Origin: an uncultured Erysipelotrichaceae bacterium
GTDB lineage: Bacteria; Bacillota_I; Bacilli_A; Erysipelotrichales; Erysipelotrichaceae
DNA: 32,000 bases
Reading direction: 5' to 3'
Assembly (NCBI GenBank): GCA_964457525.1
Contig: CAYWGS010000003.1
Location: 1 to 32,000, forward strand
The translations under genes and the position numbers were made by a program. Positions 17,414 to 26,517 of the stretch are shown piece by piece; position 1 is the first letter of the stretch; the number at the start of each line of letters is the position of its first letter. The notes under the pieces were generated by a model, which was not told the origin of the DNA, searched no databases, and was given only the letters and a program-made list of their open reading frames with translations.

Positions 17414-18125
17414 TCTTATCGTATATTTTGGGTAAATCTGAGATAGATATAATTCCTAATGGTTTTTGATTACTCGCTCCATCTTGAGTGATAATCAAAG
17501 CATTCAAACGTTTTCCTAACGCAAGTGAACGTTCAAATTGTGATACAACAGATAGAAGTGTAGAATGCGATGGAATAAACTCTACCATACGATTCTTTTC
17601 GTCTTGTTCCAAGATTTCCTTCATTGTGATATTTGGAATTTCACCTTGTATATTTTCGATATTCTTAACTAAGTACTCATAAATAAGGTCTGTTGTAATT
17701 AAACCCTTAAAATGCATCTTATGATCGTATACTGGTAATTTAGAGTAATGTTTCGGTAATAATTTCTTTAATACAGGCTCTAATAAATCAGTATCTAAAC
17801 AATATTCTACCTTTGTAAGATAATTCGGAGAAACACGTTCAGGTTGAGTCAATAGTTCCGCTATGTGTTCTATCGATTCAACCTCTTTTAAATGAGGTTC
17901 CGCAATAACTTCACCATCAATTCGCTCATGCACAATCGCATTTCGCAAATCCCCAAACTCTTCTAGATAACGTTGAAAACGATGATAATTGCGATCCATG
18001 TTTGACATTCGACGTACGAGTTCAGAATAAGAAATGTAACGATCTGATTTAATTCTTCGGTTCATTTCTCCTTCAATCGCTGTGAATGCGATAAGGAAGC
18101 GTTCTGAATTTGGTTTATTACTCAT
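17394..18125 (-). CDS. HEPN-like (Rx4H) N-terminal domain fused to a CBS pair; function unknown
   Basis: FGDLRNAIVHE (R61-N-x3-H66; nt 17928-17945) sits in a helical ~95-aa N-terminal domain. The C-terminal half reads as two CBS repeats (..SKLPVYDHKMHFKGLITTDLIYEYL.. and ..NALIITQDGASNQKPLGIISISDLPKIY). ATGA overlap with the upstream HAD gene. Confidence 0.6.
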   Translation of the reverse strand: MSNKPNSERFLIAFTAIEGEMNRRIKSDRYISYSELVRRMSNMDRNYHRFQRYLEEFGDLRNAIVHERIDGEVIAEPHLKEVESIEHIAELLTQPERVSPNYLTKVEYCLDTDLLEPVLKKLLPKHYSKLPVYDHKMHFKGLITTDLIYEYLVKNIENIQGEIPNITMKEILEQDEKNRMVEFIPSHSTLLSVVSQFERSLALGKRLNALIITQDGASNQKPLGIISISDLPKIYDKINKDLR

Positions 18126-18943
18126 GGTTTTAATCCATCCAGTTCTTTTTGTGCTAAGAGTGATTTAAAGATTGCTTGAATAATCTTATCAACCTCTTGA
18201 CCCTTACGATAATCAGCCTCAACCACAAAATCAACACGTTTATCCTCAAATAAGGCATCACTCTCATGCGTACGTTTTTTGCCATATGGCACAACCGCTA
18301 TCGCATGTCCCCCGTTCATTTTCACAAGTTTCATACTTGGAACATCCGTAAATCCATCCCCAATATAAATCATATGACTGAACGGTATTGGCCGTTCTTC
18401 TTCTTTTTGATAACGATTTAAATCCGCATCATTGGAAATATCCAATATTCCTTTATTAATACGATATAGGAATTGTGTTTTTATCGTATAGTTAACCGAT
18501 AACTTAGGCCAAATTGCTTGTCCATTCTTATCGTATAAATACTCACATGCATAAATCTTCTTAAAATAAGATGCGATGGGCGTATTCTCAATAATCTCTT
18601 TTAAACCTGATGAAATAATATAATGCTCAAGTTCGATATTTAACAGCATCGCTACTTCATCAATGTGTTTGAACCAATCCACAACACCTGGATAGAACTC
18701 AATCTGTGAACCATACTTGCCCAACATCTCTCTACTTAGCTTAATACCACGATTCTGCGTTTGTACAATCATTTCGTGTAAGTAGGTTAGGATATGATCC
18801 ATTTCTTCTTTCTCAGCTTTTGCTTTGACATGTGACCAAAAGGATTTCGAATCTTCAATTTTGAGGTCATCGAAAAAACCATATTCTTGCATATCTTTGT
18901 AGGACAATGTTTTATCAAAATCATAGAGTATTGCGATTTTCAT
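18122..18943 (-). CDS. HAD-superfamily phosphatase (subfamily IB-like, MtnX/PSP-like cap)
   Basis: Motif I YDFDKTL, motif II ISSG, motifs III/IV K...IYIGDGFTDVP. SD AGAGG. Confidence 0.8.
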   Translation of the reverse strand: MKIAILYDFDKTLSYKDMQEYGFFDDLKIEDSKSFWSHVKAKAEKEEMDHILTYLHEMIVQTQNRGIKLSREMLGKYGSQIEFYPGVVDWFKHIDEVAMLLNIELEHYIISSGLKEIIENTPIASYFKKIYACEYLYDKNGQAIWPKLSVNYTIKTQFLYRINKGILDISNDADLNRYQKEEERPIPFSHMIYIGDGFTDVPSMKLVKMNGGHAIAVVPYGKKRTHESDALFEDKRVDFVVEADYRKGQEVDKIIQAIFKSLLAQKELDGLKP

Positions 18944-18972
18944 GAGAACCTCTTATCTTTATTCAATCGAAT

Positions 18973-18981
18973 TGTTATAAT
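18973..18981 (+). promoter_or_regulatory. Extended -10 (TGtTATAAT) 6 nt upstream of the Nudix ATG (leaderless-type promoter)
   Basis: TG 18973-18974, TATAAT 18976-18981, CACACT, ATG 18988. No SD. The same AT core read on the other strand (TGaTTATAA) is the only -10-like element available for the divergent HAD operon. Confidence 0.5.
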
Positions 18982-18987
18982 CACACT

Positions 18988-19371
18988 ATGAAACATGTTG
19001 TGATTGGTATTCTATACAAGAATCATCATCTTTGTGTCGCAAAACGACTTTCTGAACCCTTCAAAGGATATATTGAATGTCCTGGGGGAAAAGTTGAATT
19101 AGATGAAACACTTGAAGATGCATTAAAACGAGAATTGTTTGAAGAAATTAATCTTCAGAACTTTGAATATCAGTATTTAAGAGAAATACTTGTACTCAAT
19201 GAGCATGGTTCATTTACATTACACTTCTATAAAATAACCACCAATGAAGAATGTACACCGAAGGTTTATACTGAACTTCTATGGGTCCATAGAGATCAAA
19301 TAGAAACCTTAAACTGGATACCCCATAATCTTCCTTATATCGACTTCTTTAAACAAGTTGATCAGCTTTAA
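18988..19371 (+). CDS. Nudix hydrolase (MutT-like)
   Basis: Near-canonical Nudix box GGKVELDETLEDALKRELFEEINL (Gx5Ex7REUxEE). 127 aa. Confidence 0.85.
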   Translation: MKHVVIGILYKNHHLCVAKRLSEPFKGYIECPGGKVELDETLEDALKRELFEEINLQNFEYQYLREILVLNEHGSFTLHFYKITTNEECTPKVYTELLWVHRDQIETLNWIPHNLPYIDFFKQVDQL

Positions 19372-20332
19372 ATACAATATTTGCTTGTTTACGCGCTTGA
19401 TCTAAACAAGACATCAAAATCTCAGTATTCTTAACATGCGATTGGTAGGTTAGCCAATCGTTATTTTTTATTATCTGCGCAAATGCTTTGATTTCTTCAA
19501 CCATCGCATTTTGAGCTTGTTCAACCCCTAATTCACGTGTTTCCTTTGGTGTTATGAGTTGAACAGATACTAATCTTGAAGGTTGTTCAGGAATGACAAT
19601 TGCACCCCTTTCACCACTAATATAACTAAAGTTCATACCACGACTATCTTTACCAATCACACAAACACACACTTTATCAGGATACTTCAATGTGAGTACA
19701 CCCGATAAATCAATCCCATTTACATACTTATTGCACTCATAATGAAGTGATTCAGGCTTACCAAATAACGCAATACATAATCCCATTGGATAGACACCTA
19801 AATCCATAAGTGCTCCACCGGAATGATTTAAATCAAAGATATTAGGAATCGTACCTTGAGCTAATAAGTCATAACGACTCGAATACTGAACCATTGAACT
19901 GTTCATAAGTTTGATTGGTTCAATTTCATGTAGGTGTTCTTTTATCACCTTCAGATTTGGAAGATGCATCAAAGTCATCGCATCGAAACAATAGTGCTTT
20001 GTTTCATTAGACACTCTCATCAATTCATTAAACTCAGTCAGATTACTAACAAATGGTTTTTCACAAATAACATGTTTATGTGCTTTAAGCGCATCTAAAC
20101 ATTGCGAGAAATGCACATCATTCGGACTTGCGACATAAAGAACATCCACATCCATTTGACTCAATAATGTATTCCAATCACTAATAACTGGTACTTCATA
20201 TTGTTTCGCAAAATCTAAACCCTTTTCTTCACTTCTTGAATATACGTAAGCTAATTCAAAATAAGGTTCATGTTTTAATGCATCTAGAAAATGATGTGTA
20301 ATAACAGATGTACCTACTGTTGCGAGTCTCAT
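19349..20332 (-). CDS. Gfo/Idh/MocA-family NAD(P)-dependent oxidoreductase
   Basis: N-terminal Rossmann fold, the EKP motif (VICEKPFV) and family-typical length. ATGA overlap with the upstream pyrophosphatase gene. Confidence 0.85.
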   Translation of the reverse strand: MRLATVGTSVITHHFLDALKHEPYFELAYVYSRSEEKGLDFAKQYEVPVISDWNTLLSQMDVDVLYVASPNDVHFSQCLDALKAHKHVICEKPFVSNLTEFNELMRVSNETKHYCFDAMTLMHLPNLKVIKEHLHEIEPIKLMNSSMVQYSSRYDLLAQGTIPNIFDLNHSGGALMDLGVYPMGLCIALFGKPESLHYECNKYVNGIDLSGVLTLKYPDKVCVCVIGKDSRGMNFSYISGERGAIVIPEQPSRLVSVQLITPKETRELGVEQAQNAMVEEIKAFAQIIKNNDWLTYQSHVKNTEILMSCLDQARKQANIVFKADQLV

Positions 20333-21972
20333 AATCCACCTCTTCCTTCTACCACACTGGATAGTTTTGGCATAACTTGTTTCTTTCTGGATAATAAATC
20401 AGGGAATAAACTGAGCTTATGATTGTCAATACCTGGGAATGCTTCTTCCGCAATCCACTTTTCCTTACCCATATAGAGTAAAGCAGACCCATGATGCTCA
20501 AGACTTGTAAACAATAACAGTACTAAATCTATTCGTTTCTCTTCGACATAAGTGCTCATTGCCTTAAGAATATCTTCTCGAACTGTTTCGATTTGGTTAA
20601 TATCAAATAAGCTCATTTGACCAACTCTTACACGATAATTACCTACCGTAAATTCTTTAATGTCATTTTCGATAATATCCAATGCGGATTTCTCATGAAG
20701 ACCTGCTCCTTCAGTAAAGATATCCTTCGCCAATGCGTCTGTATTTAACTCCGCAATACGTGCACATCGTTGCGCTGTATGAATATCTGTGAGTGTAGTT
20801 GTAGGTGATTTAAAGTTAAGTGTATCCGACAAGATTGCGGCACAGAGTAATCCAGCCATATTTTTCTCAAGTGGTACGCGATTCTCATCGTAAAGATTCG
20901 CAATAATCGTACAAGTACTTCCCACTAATTGATTTCTAAAATTAATTGGTTTGCTCGTTTGAATATCCCCGATACGATGATGATCCACAACCTCGATTAA
21001 ATCCGCTTCAGCTAATCCATCCACACTTTGTGCTGTTTCATTATGGTCCACTAGAATGATTTGTTTACGGCGCGCATTCAACAAGTGATAACGAGAAATT
21101 AAACCAAATATCTTACCCTTATCATCCACAACTGGATAACTACGATAACGTGACTTAACTACTTTATTTAATACATCATCCACAAACTCTGACTTATCAA
21201 ATGTAACAAGATTTGTAGACATAATAAATTTTATTGGTGAGGAATAGAAAATATAACGAGAGGTATTTAATGTCCCATGACCAGAAAGAATAATCGCACA
21301 TCCCTTTTCTTTCGCATACTTAATTACTTCGTCTTTTACATAATCTGCCCATACGATAACTAAACAAGCCGCATCCTTTTCAATTGCTTGTAGTTGCGCT
21401 TCTGTATCATTCCCTACAATTACAGTACGATCTTTCAATTCATAATTATCAAGTTTATGTTCCGCAACCGCAACAATCGAAACCTTACCATTTAAACGTG
21501 TTACTTTTGGTGCATAAATTAAGGCACCACTAATGGTTTTTACAATGTACTCAATCGGTGTTTTACTCAAGAGCTCAATACTCTTTGCCGTATCTCCCAT
21601 CGCTACCGTTGATATGTTGGAATTGGTTAATACCCCAAGTAGAACATTATTATCATCCACAACACATAAGACCTTCTTTTCAGTACTCATGAGTTGCCAA
21701 GCTTCAAAGATCGTTGTTTCTTCTTTGATGGTAACTGCTCTATCGATGTCAATCTCATTCAAACGCATTCTTGCATCATCGAGAATCATTGGTTCATTAA
21801 AACCAAAACGTTTTAAAATGTAGTCTGTTTCATGATTAATTGCACCCAAACGACATGCTATAGCTTCATAACCAAGCTTTTGTTTTAGGTTTGCATATCC
21901 GATTGCGGAACAGATTGAATCCGTGTCTGGATGCTTATGTCCCGTAATATGGATTGGAAAATTAGTAGGCAT
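20329..21972 (-). CDS. Family II (DHH) inorganic pyrophosphatase with inserted CBS pair + DRTGG domain (CBS-PPase)
   Basis: HKHPDTDSICSA (DHH motif I), VVDHHRIG (DHH), DHHA2-like C-terminus, and a ~250-aa CBS/DRTGG insertion. 547 aa. Confidence 0.88.
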   Translation of the reverse strand: MPTNFPIHITGHKHPDTDSICSAIGYANLKQKLGYEAIACRLGAINHETDYILKRFGFNEPMILDDARMRLNEIDIDRAVTIKEETTIFEAWQLMSTEKKVLCVVDDNNVLLGVLTNSNISTVAMGDTAKSIELLSKTPIEYIVKTISGALIYAPKVTRLNGKVSIVAVAEHKLDNYELKDRTVIVGNDTEAQLQAIEKDAACLVIVWADYVKDEVIKYAKEKGCAIILSGHGTLNTSRYIFYSSPIKFIMSTNLVTFDKSEFVDDVLNKVVKSRYRSYPVVDDKGKIFGLISRYHLLNARRKQIILVDHNETAQSVDGLAEADLIEVVDHHRIGDIQTSKPINFRNQLVGSTCTIIANLYDENRVPLEKNMAGLLCAAILSDTLNFKSPTTTLTDIHTAQRCARIAELNTDALAKDIFTEGAGLHEKSALDIIENDIKEFTVGNYRVRVGQMSLFDINQIETVREDILKAMSTYVEEKRIDLVLLLFTSLEHHGSALLYMGKEKWIAEEAFPGIDNHKLSLFPDLLSRKKQVMPKLSSVVEGRGGL

Positions 21973-22065
21973 AGGAATCTCCTTAGTGTTTTATTCTTTT
22001 CTTAATTAAATTTTATCAAATATCTATATTTTAATCTATTAATCCATTAAAATAGAGTTGAGAAT

Positions 22066-22614
22066 ATGCAAATACAGTGTGGCGAGTATTTAGTTAAACC
22101 TGCTCATGAAATAAAAGCTGATTTATGGCTTAAATTTCATCAAGAAAATCGATTCTATGTCGATAATTTTTCTACGACTAAACCCAATGATTTCTATACG
22201 ATCGAATTCCAACAGAAACTCGTTGTACAAAGTCTTATCGATTTTGAACGCGATCAAGGCTATACTTTTGGAGTACTTAGCCATAACTCTAAAAAAATCT
22301 TAGCCAAGATTAAAACCCAGCGTGACTTAAACCGTAATCACAATTATGTCACCATTGAACTAATTATCGACTATCGATTTAGAAATATTGAATTTGGTGA
22401 AAGCATCTTAAAATGTATTATCGATTTCTTATTTAAATCTCGAGAGATCCATAAGATCTACGCTCAAATCCTTACTGATGATGTCTATTCTATACAACTC
22501 TTCACCCAAAACAACTTTCTACATGAAGGTAAATTAATGAAATCTTACCATGTGAATGGTGAATGGAGAGATCATCTCCTTTATGCTCTTATCAATCCAG
22601 GTAATAGCAAATGA
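22066..22614 (+). CDS. GNAT-family N-acetyltransferase (RimJ/RimL-like)
   Basis: The length and C-terminal pattern ..KIYAQILTDDVYSIQLFTQNNFLHEGKLMKSYHVNGEWRDHLLYALI are typical of Acetyltransf_3-type GNATs. Confidence 0.7.
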   Translation: MQIQCGEYLVKPAHEIKADLWLKFHQENRFYVDNFSTTKPNDFYTIEFQQKLVVQSLIDFERDQGYTFGVLSHNSKKILAKIKTQRDLNRNHNYVTIELIIDYRFRNIEFGESILKCIIDFLFKSREIHKIYAQILTDDVYSIQLFTQNNFLHEGKLMKSYHVNGEWRDHLLYALINPGNSK

Positions 22615-22958
22615 ATCAAAACGAACTCAATCAACTCATTCGTGACTTCTGTGAAGATCGGGATTGGGACCAGTTCCACTCAATTAAAGATTTAGCAATC
22701 GGTCTAAGTACAGAAAGTAACGAACTCTTACAACTCTTTCGGTTTAAAGATAATGAACAATCGCTTGAGTATCTCAAAGAAAATCGAAAGAAAGTAGAAG
22801 ATGAATGCGCTGATGTTTATTATTATCTTCTTAGACTCGCTGATTTATATAAGATTGATCTAAATCAAGCCTTAGAGAATAAGATGATGGATAATGAGAA
22901 GAAGTACCCTAAAGAACTTGTAAAGGGCAAAAACTTAAAATACAACGAATACAAATAA
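22611..22958 (+). CDS. MazG-like nucleotide pyrophosphohydrolase (small all-alpha NTP-PPase)
   Basis: RDWDQFHS.KDLA..L..ES.ELLQLF and EDECADVYYYLLRLA are EExxE/D-type metal motifs of the MazG/dCTPase-like family. ATGA overlap with the GNAT gene. Confidence 0.8.
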   Translation: MNQNELNQLIRDFCEDRDWDQFHSIKDLAIGLSTESNELLQLFRFKDNEQSLEYLKENRKKVEDECADVYYYLLRLADLYKIDLNQALENKMMDNEKKYPKELVKGKNLKYNEYK

Positions 22959-22981
22959 AAGGGATTATTAACCCCTTTTTT
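22957..22981. terminator. Weak bidirectional terminator
   Basis: AAAGGG-attattaac-CCCTTT with flanking A and T runs, between convergent genes. Confidence 0.4.
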
Positions 22982-23900
22982 ATATGATATTCTTTAATTC
23001 TTTTCCTAATTTAAATTGATGACAATTATACTCAAAGATTTTCCACAAACGCTCTTTCGTATAATCCCCAGTTCCACTGACATGAGGGGTTAGAACTAAG
23101 TTCTTACAATCCCATAATCTTGATTCTTTCTCAACGGGCTCTTTCGCCATAACATCCAGTGCACAAAAAGCTAAGTGTTCAGATTCTAACGCTTCTACTA
23201 ACGCATCCTCGTCAATAATTCTTCCTCTACCTACATTAAGTAGAATCGAACCCTTCTTCATATTGAAGATTAATTCACGGCTAAATAAATTCTGTGTTTG
23301 ATCATTCAATGGTAGTGTAATCACAACAACATCACTCATCATAACCGCAGTCTCTAATTCCTTAACCGAGTACACTGTATTAAATCCTTCAGTCTCAGTT
23401 CCTCTTGAATTAACCCCAATAAAATTAACATTAAAAGGTTCCAATCTCTTTCGAATCGCTTGTCCGATACTTCCAATTCCAACAATACATACATTCATCT
23501 GTTCTAGTTCACGATTATGCACTCTTACCCATTGATGTTGTTTCTGTTGTTCATAGTTCGGTAATGCATTCTTATAATACATAAGAATATACATCACAAC
23601 CCATTCCGCAATTGGATCACTAAATACATCCTTCGCATTGGTAAATAGAATCCCTTTAGATTTCCACTCATCAACCGGTAGATTATTGTATCCCGCATAT
23701 GAGTTCTGAATCCATTTTAATTTGGAAAATTTATCAACACCTAACTTCTTCACATGATTTGCCCCAAAGACAAAATCATAGTCTTCTGGATGTTTAATCT
23801 CTTCTGAATCCAAAATAATATCGTAATCAAACCCCATCGAATTTAATCGTTCCTTTAAATCAACAGGCAATGTTTCAATTTCGCTAATAAGTGCTTTCAT
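22980..23900 (-). CDS. D-isomer-specific 2-hydroxyacid dehydrogenase family protein
   Basis: NAD motif VCIVGIGSIGQAI, NVGRGRIIDE, and catalytic TPHVSG. Confidence 0.85.
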   Translation of the reverse strand: MKALISEIETLPVDLKERLNSMGFDYDIILDSEEIKHPEDYDFVFGANHVKKLGVDKFSKLKWIQNSYAGYNNLPVDEWKSKGILFTNAKDVFSDPIAEWVVMYILMYYKNALPNYEQQKQHQWVRVHNRELEQMNVCIVGIGSIGQAIRKRLEPFNVNFIGVNSRGTETEGFNTVYSVKELETAVMMSDVVVITLPLNDQTQNLFSRELIFNMKKGSILLNVGRGRIIDEDALVEALESEHLAFCALDVMAKEPVEKESRLWDCKNLVLTPHVSGTGDYTKERLWKIFEYNCHQFKLGKELKNII

Positions 23901-23995
23901 AAGATCTCCTTTAACATAAATTATGCCATAATTTACTTTGGTTTTCTTAATATATACTTTTTTGAATGATATAATAGTTTTGGCGAGGATAAACT

Positions 23996-24799
23996 ATGTT
24001 AGAAATCATTAAAGCAATCATCCTAGGTATAATTCAAGGTATTACAGAATGGCTACCTGTTAGTTCAACAGGACACTTAATTCTATTTAATAAATGGTTC
24101 CCATTAGCCTTCTCAAAAGAATTTGTAGACTTGTTTTTAGTCTTTATTCAGCTTGGCTCGATTATTGCGGTAATAATCTTATTCTTCAAGAAATTATTTC
24201 CCTGGTCATCCTCTTCTAAAGCTCATCAACACAATACTATCCTCCTTTGGGTTAAGATTGTGATTGCGGCCTTCCCTGGCGCAATCATTGGATTCTTGTT
24301 TGACGATATTATTGATACTGTATTGTATACACCCCTTGTTATTGCGATTACATTAATTGTGTATGGTATTCTGTTTATCCTTATCGAAAGAACAAAGAAA
24401 GATCATCCAAAAGACTCGTTAGGTTTAATTACCTATAAAGACGCGCTATTAATCGGTATCTTCCAAGTATTAGCTCTCATCCCTGGAACATCCCGTTCCG
24501 GCGCAACAATCCTTGGCGCAATCCTACTTGGTGCGAGTCGTACAGTAGCGGCAGAATTCTCATTCTTCCTTGCTATACCGATGATGTTTGGCGCAAGTTT
24601 CTTGAAACTAATCAAAGCCGGATTTAGTTGGACACCCTTTGAATGGTCTGTGCTTGCGACTGGTACCATCGTCGCATTTGTTGTTTCTCTCTTAGTTATT
24701 CGCTTCCTAATGGATTATGTTAAGAAACATGACTTCACAACATTTGCCTATTATCGTATTGCATTAGCGCTTGTTGTATTAACTCTATTATTCGTATAA
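23996..24799 (+). CDS. uppP: Undecaprenyl-diphosphate phosphatase
   Basis: GIIQGITEWLPVSSTGHL and PGTSRSGATI are signature UppP/BacA motifs. SD GCGAGGA; extended -10 TGaTATAAT at 23967-23975. Confidence 0.93.
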   Translation: MLEIIKAIILGIIQGITEWLPVSSTGHLILFNKWFPLAFSKEFVDLFLVFIQLGSIIAVIILFFKKLFPWSSSSKAHQHNTILLWVKIVIAAFPGAIIGFLFDDIIDTVLYTPLVIAITLIVYGILFILIERTKKDHPKDSLGLITYKDALLIGIFQVLALIPGTSRSGATILGAILLGASRTVAAEFSFFLAIPMMFGASFLKLIKAGFSWTPFEWSVLATGTIVAFVVSLLVIRFLMDYVKKHDFTTFAYYRIALALVVLTLLFV

Positions 24800-24800
24800 A

Positions 24801-24826
24801 AACCTGCATTATATTGCAGGTTTTCT
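24801..24826. terminator. Bidirectional rho-independent terminator
   Basis: AACCTGCA-ttatat-TGCAGGTT flanked by AAAA and TTTTCTTT, between the convergent uppP and ygiD-like genes. Confidence 0.8.
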
Positions 24827-25600
24827 TTAGTTCATCAAGTAACAAGTCATCGACATCGATCCCATTAAACAAGTTTGATTAAATATTTGTATGGAATCTT
24901 CTTTTTGAGTTGCTCCTAAAACATATAATAATGGATAAAAATGCTCGGTTGTATAAAACGCAAAATCAGATGATTTGCCTGCTCTCTTATATTCCACGAC
25001 ATTCTCAAAATTTCTATTTTTAATATGATTCAATACATATTGATCAAAATCAATTGCCCAAGGATAACCACCATCCATATCCCAATTGATTCTAGACAGG
25101 TTATGCACCACATTTCCACTTCCTAAGATTAAAATTCCTTCATCTCTAAGAACACTTAATTTCTGCCCTAACTCATAATGGCCTTGTGCACTTAAATTTC
25201 GATCGATACTGATTTGTACAACAGGTATATTAGCTTCTGGATACATTTTACACAACACCGACCATGTTCCATGATCGATACCCCAACTGTTGTCCACCTT
25301 AATATCGAGTTTAATATCATTTATCACATGCATCGCCAGTTCTGGTGAACCCTTACAATCATAAACAAGTTGATACAAATCATCAGGAAATCCAAACATA
25401 TCATAGATTTGTTTAGGGTGTATTTCATTATTGATACATGTGCCTTTAGTCACCCAATGCGCTGAAATAACCAATATTGCCTTAGGTTGCTCAAATTGTT
25501 TCGAAATTTCTTTCCAACCTTTTACAAATTGATTCTCTTCAATCGCATTCATTGGTGATCCATGTCCTACAAACAAAGCAGGCATTCTTTTTTGAATCAT
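24827..25600 (-). CDS. ygiD: 4,5-DOPA dioxygenase extradiol-like protein (LigB superfamily, YgiD type)
   Basis: Collinear with E. coli YgiD: RMPALFVGHGSPMN, VISAHW, WG.DHG.W, MYPEA.IPVVQ.SID, GSGNVVHNL, EH..PLLYVLGA. Confidence 0.88.
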   Translation of the reverse strand: MIQKRMPALFVGHGSPMNAIEENQFVKGWKEISKQFEQPKAILVISAHWVTKGTCINNEIHPKQIYDMFGFPDDLYQLVYDCKGSPELAMHVINDIKLDIKVDNSWGIDHGTWSVLCKMYPEANIPVVQISIDRNLSAQGHYELGQKLSVLRDEGILILGSGNVVHNLSRINWDMDGGYPWAIDFDQYVLNHIKNRNFENVVEYKRAGKSSDFAFYTTEHFYPLLYVLGATQKEDSIQIFNQTCLMGSMSMTCYLMN

Positions 25601-25611
25601 ATTAACCTCGT

Positions 25612-26517
25612 TTATTGTTTCTCCAATAACTCTACAATTCTTTCACACAACTTATGTGTAATAAGCGCATCCTCTCCACTTACTGGACTGGATGTTTTAT
25701 TTTTAACCGCATCTAAGAAAGCATTTCTTAGATTCTCAAAACCACGCTTGGTTAAGGTTGGAGTCCAATCACTTTCAGACTTCTTGATAAAAACACCTTT
25801 TTCATAAGTCTCTAAACTTGATAGATTACGAATAATACTCTTTCGTTGTGGATGCATGACTTCAATGACTTCTTCTGTAACACCATTGAGATAATTCATA
25901 ATGAGTAAACCTTGATTGGAATGTGTTATGAACTGAACCACCACATGAACTAATTTACCATCTTGTTTTTTACCATGAACTCTTACATCAATGATTTCAT
26001 CTTGTAATAAGAAACGAGTCGTATCTACTACATGTACGAAATCTTCCACAATGAAGCGACGAATGTTATCAGGATATAAATCACGATTCTTCTGATAAAC
26101 GACTAAGTCTGGTTTACCATGTTTCATAACTTCTTGAACAATTGGTACAAATCGACGATTAAACCCAGTCATAAACAAGGTATTCTTTTCTTTCGCGATA
26201 CGTACCAATTCTTCTGTTTCACTTAAATTCATCGAAATTGGTTTATCGAGATGGCACGGTATTCCTGCTTCTAAAATCTGTTTAGCCATGACATAATGAG
26301 CTTCTGTTTTAGATGTCACATAAATCGCATCCACACCACTTTTAATTAAATCATCTAAACTGCTATACCCTTCTGATAGATGATATTGCTTCATCACATT
26401 ATTCAATGTTTCAGAATTACGTGTACATGGCACAATCAGCACATCATTTAAATTCGATAGAATGGGTAAATATGCTTTCTTCGCAATATCCCCAATACCT
26501 ACTATACCTACTCTCAT
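25612..26517 (-). CDS. Gfo/Idh/MocA-family oxidoreductase
   Basis: MRVGIVGIGDIAKKAYLP Rossmann start and a DKP variant of the EKP motif (HLDKPIS). ATGA overlap with the upstream kinase gene. Confidence 0.85.
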   Translation of the reverse strand: MRVGIVGIGDIAKKAYLPILSNLNDVLIVPCTRNSETLNNVMKQYHLSEGYSSLDDLIKSGVDAIYVTSKTEAHYVMAKQILEAGIPCHLDKPISMNLSETEELVRIAKEKNTLFMTGFNRRFVPIVQEVMKHGKPDLVVYQKNRDLYPDNIRRFIVEDFVHVVDTTRFLLQDEIIDVRVHGKKQDGKLVHVVVQFITHSNQGLLIMNYLNGVTEEVIEVMHPQRKSIIRNLSSLETYEKGVFIKKSESDWTPTLTKRGFENLRNAFLDAVKNKTSSPVSGEDALITHKLCERIVELLEKQ

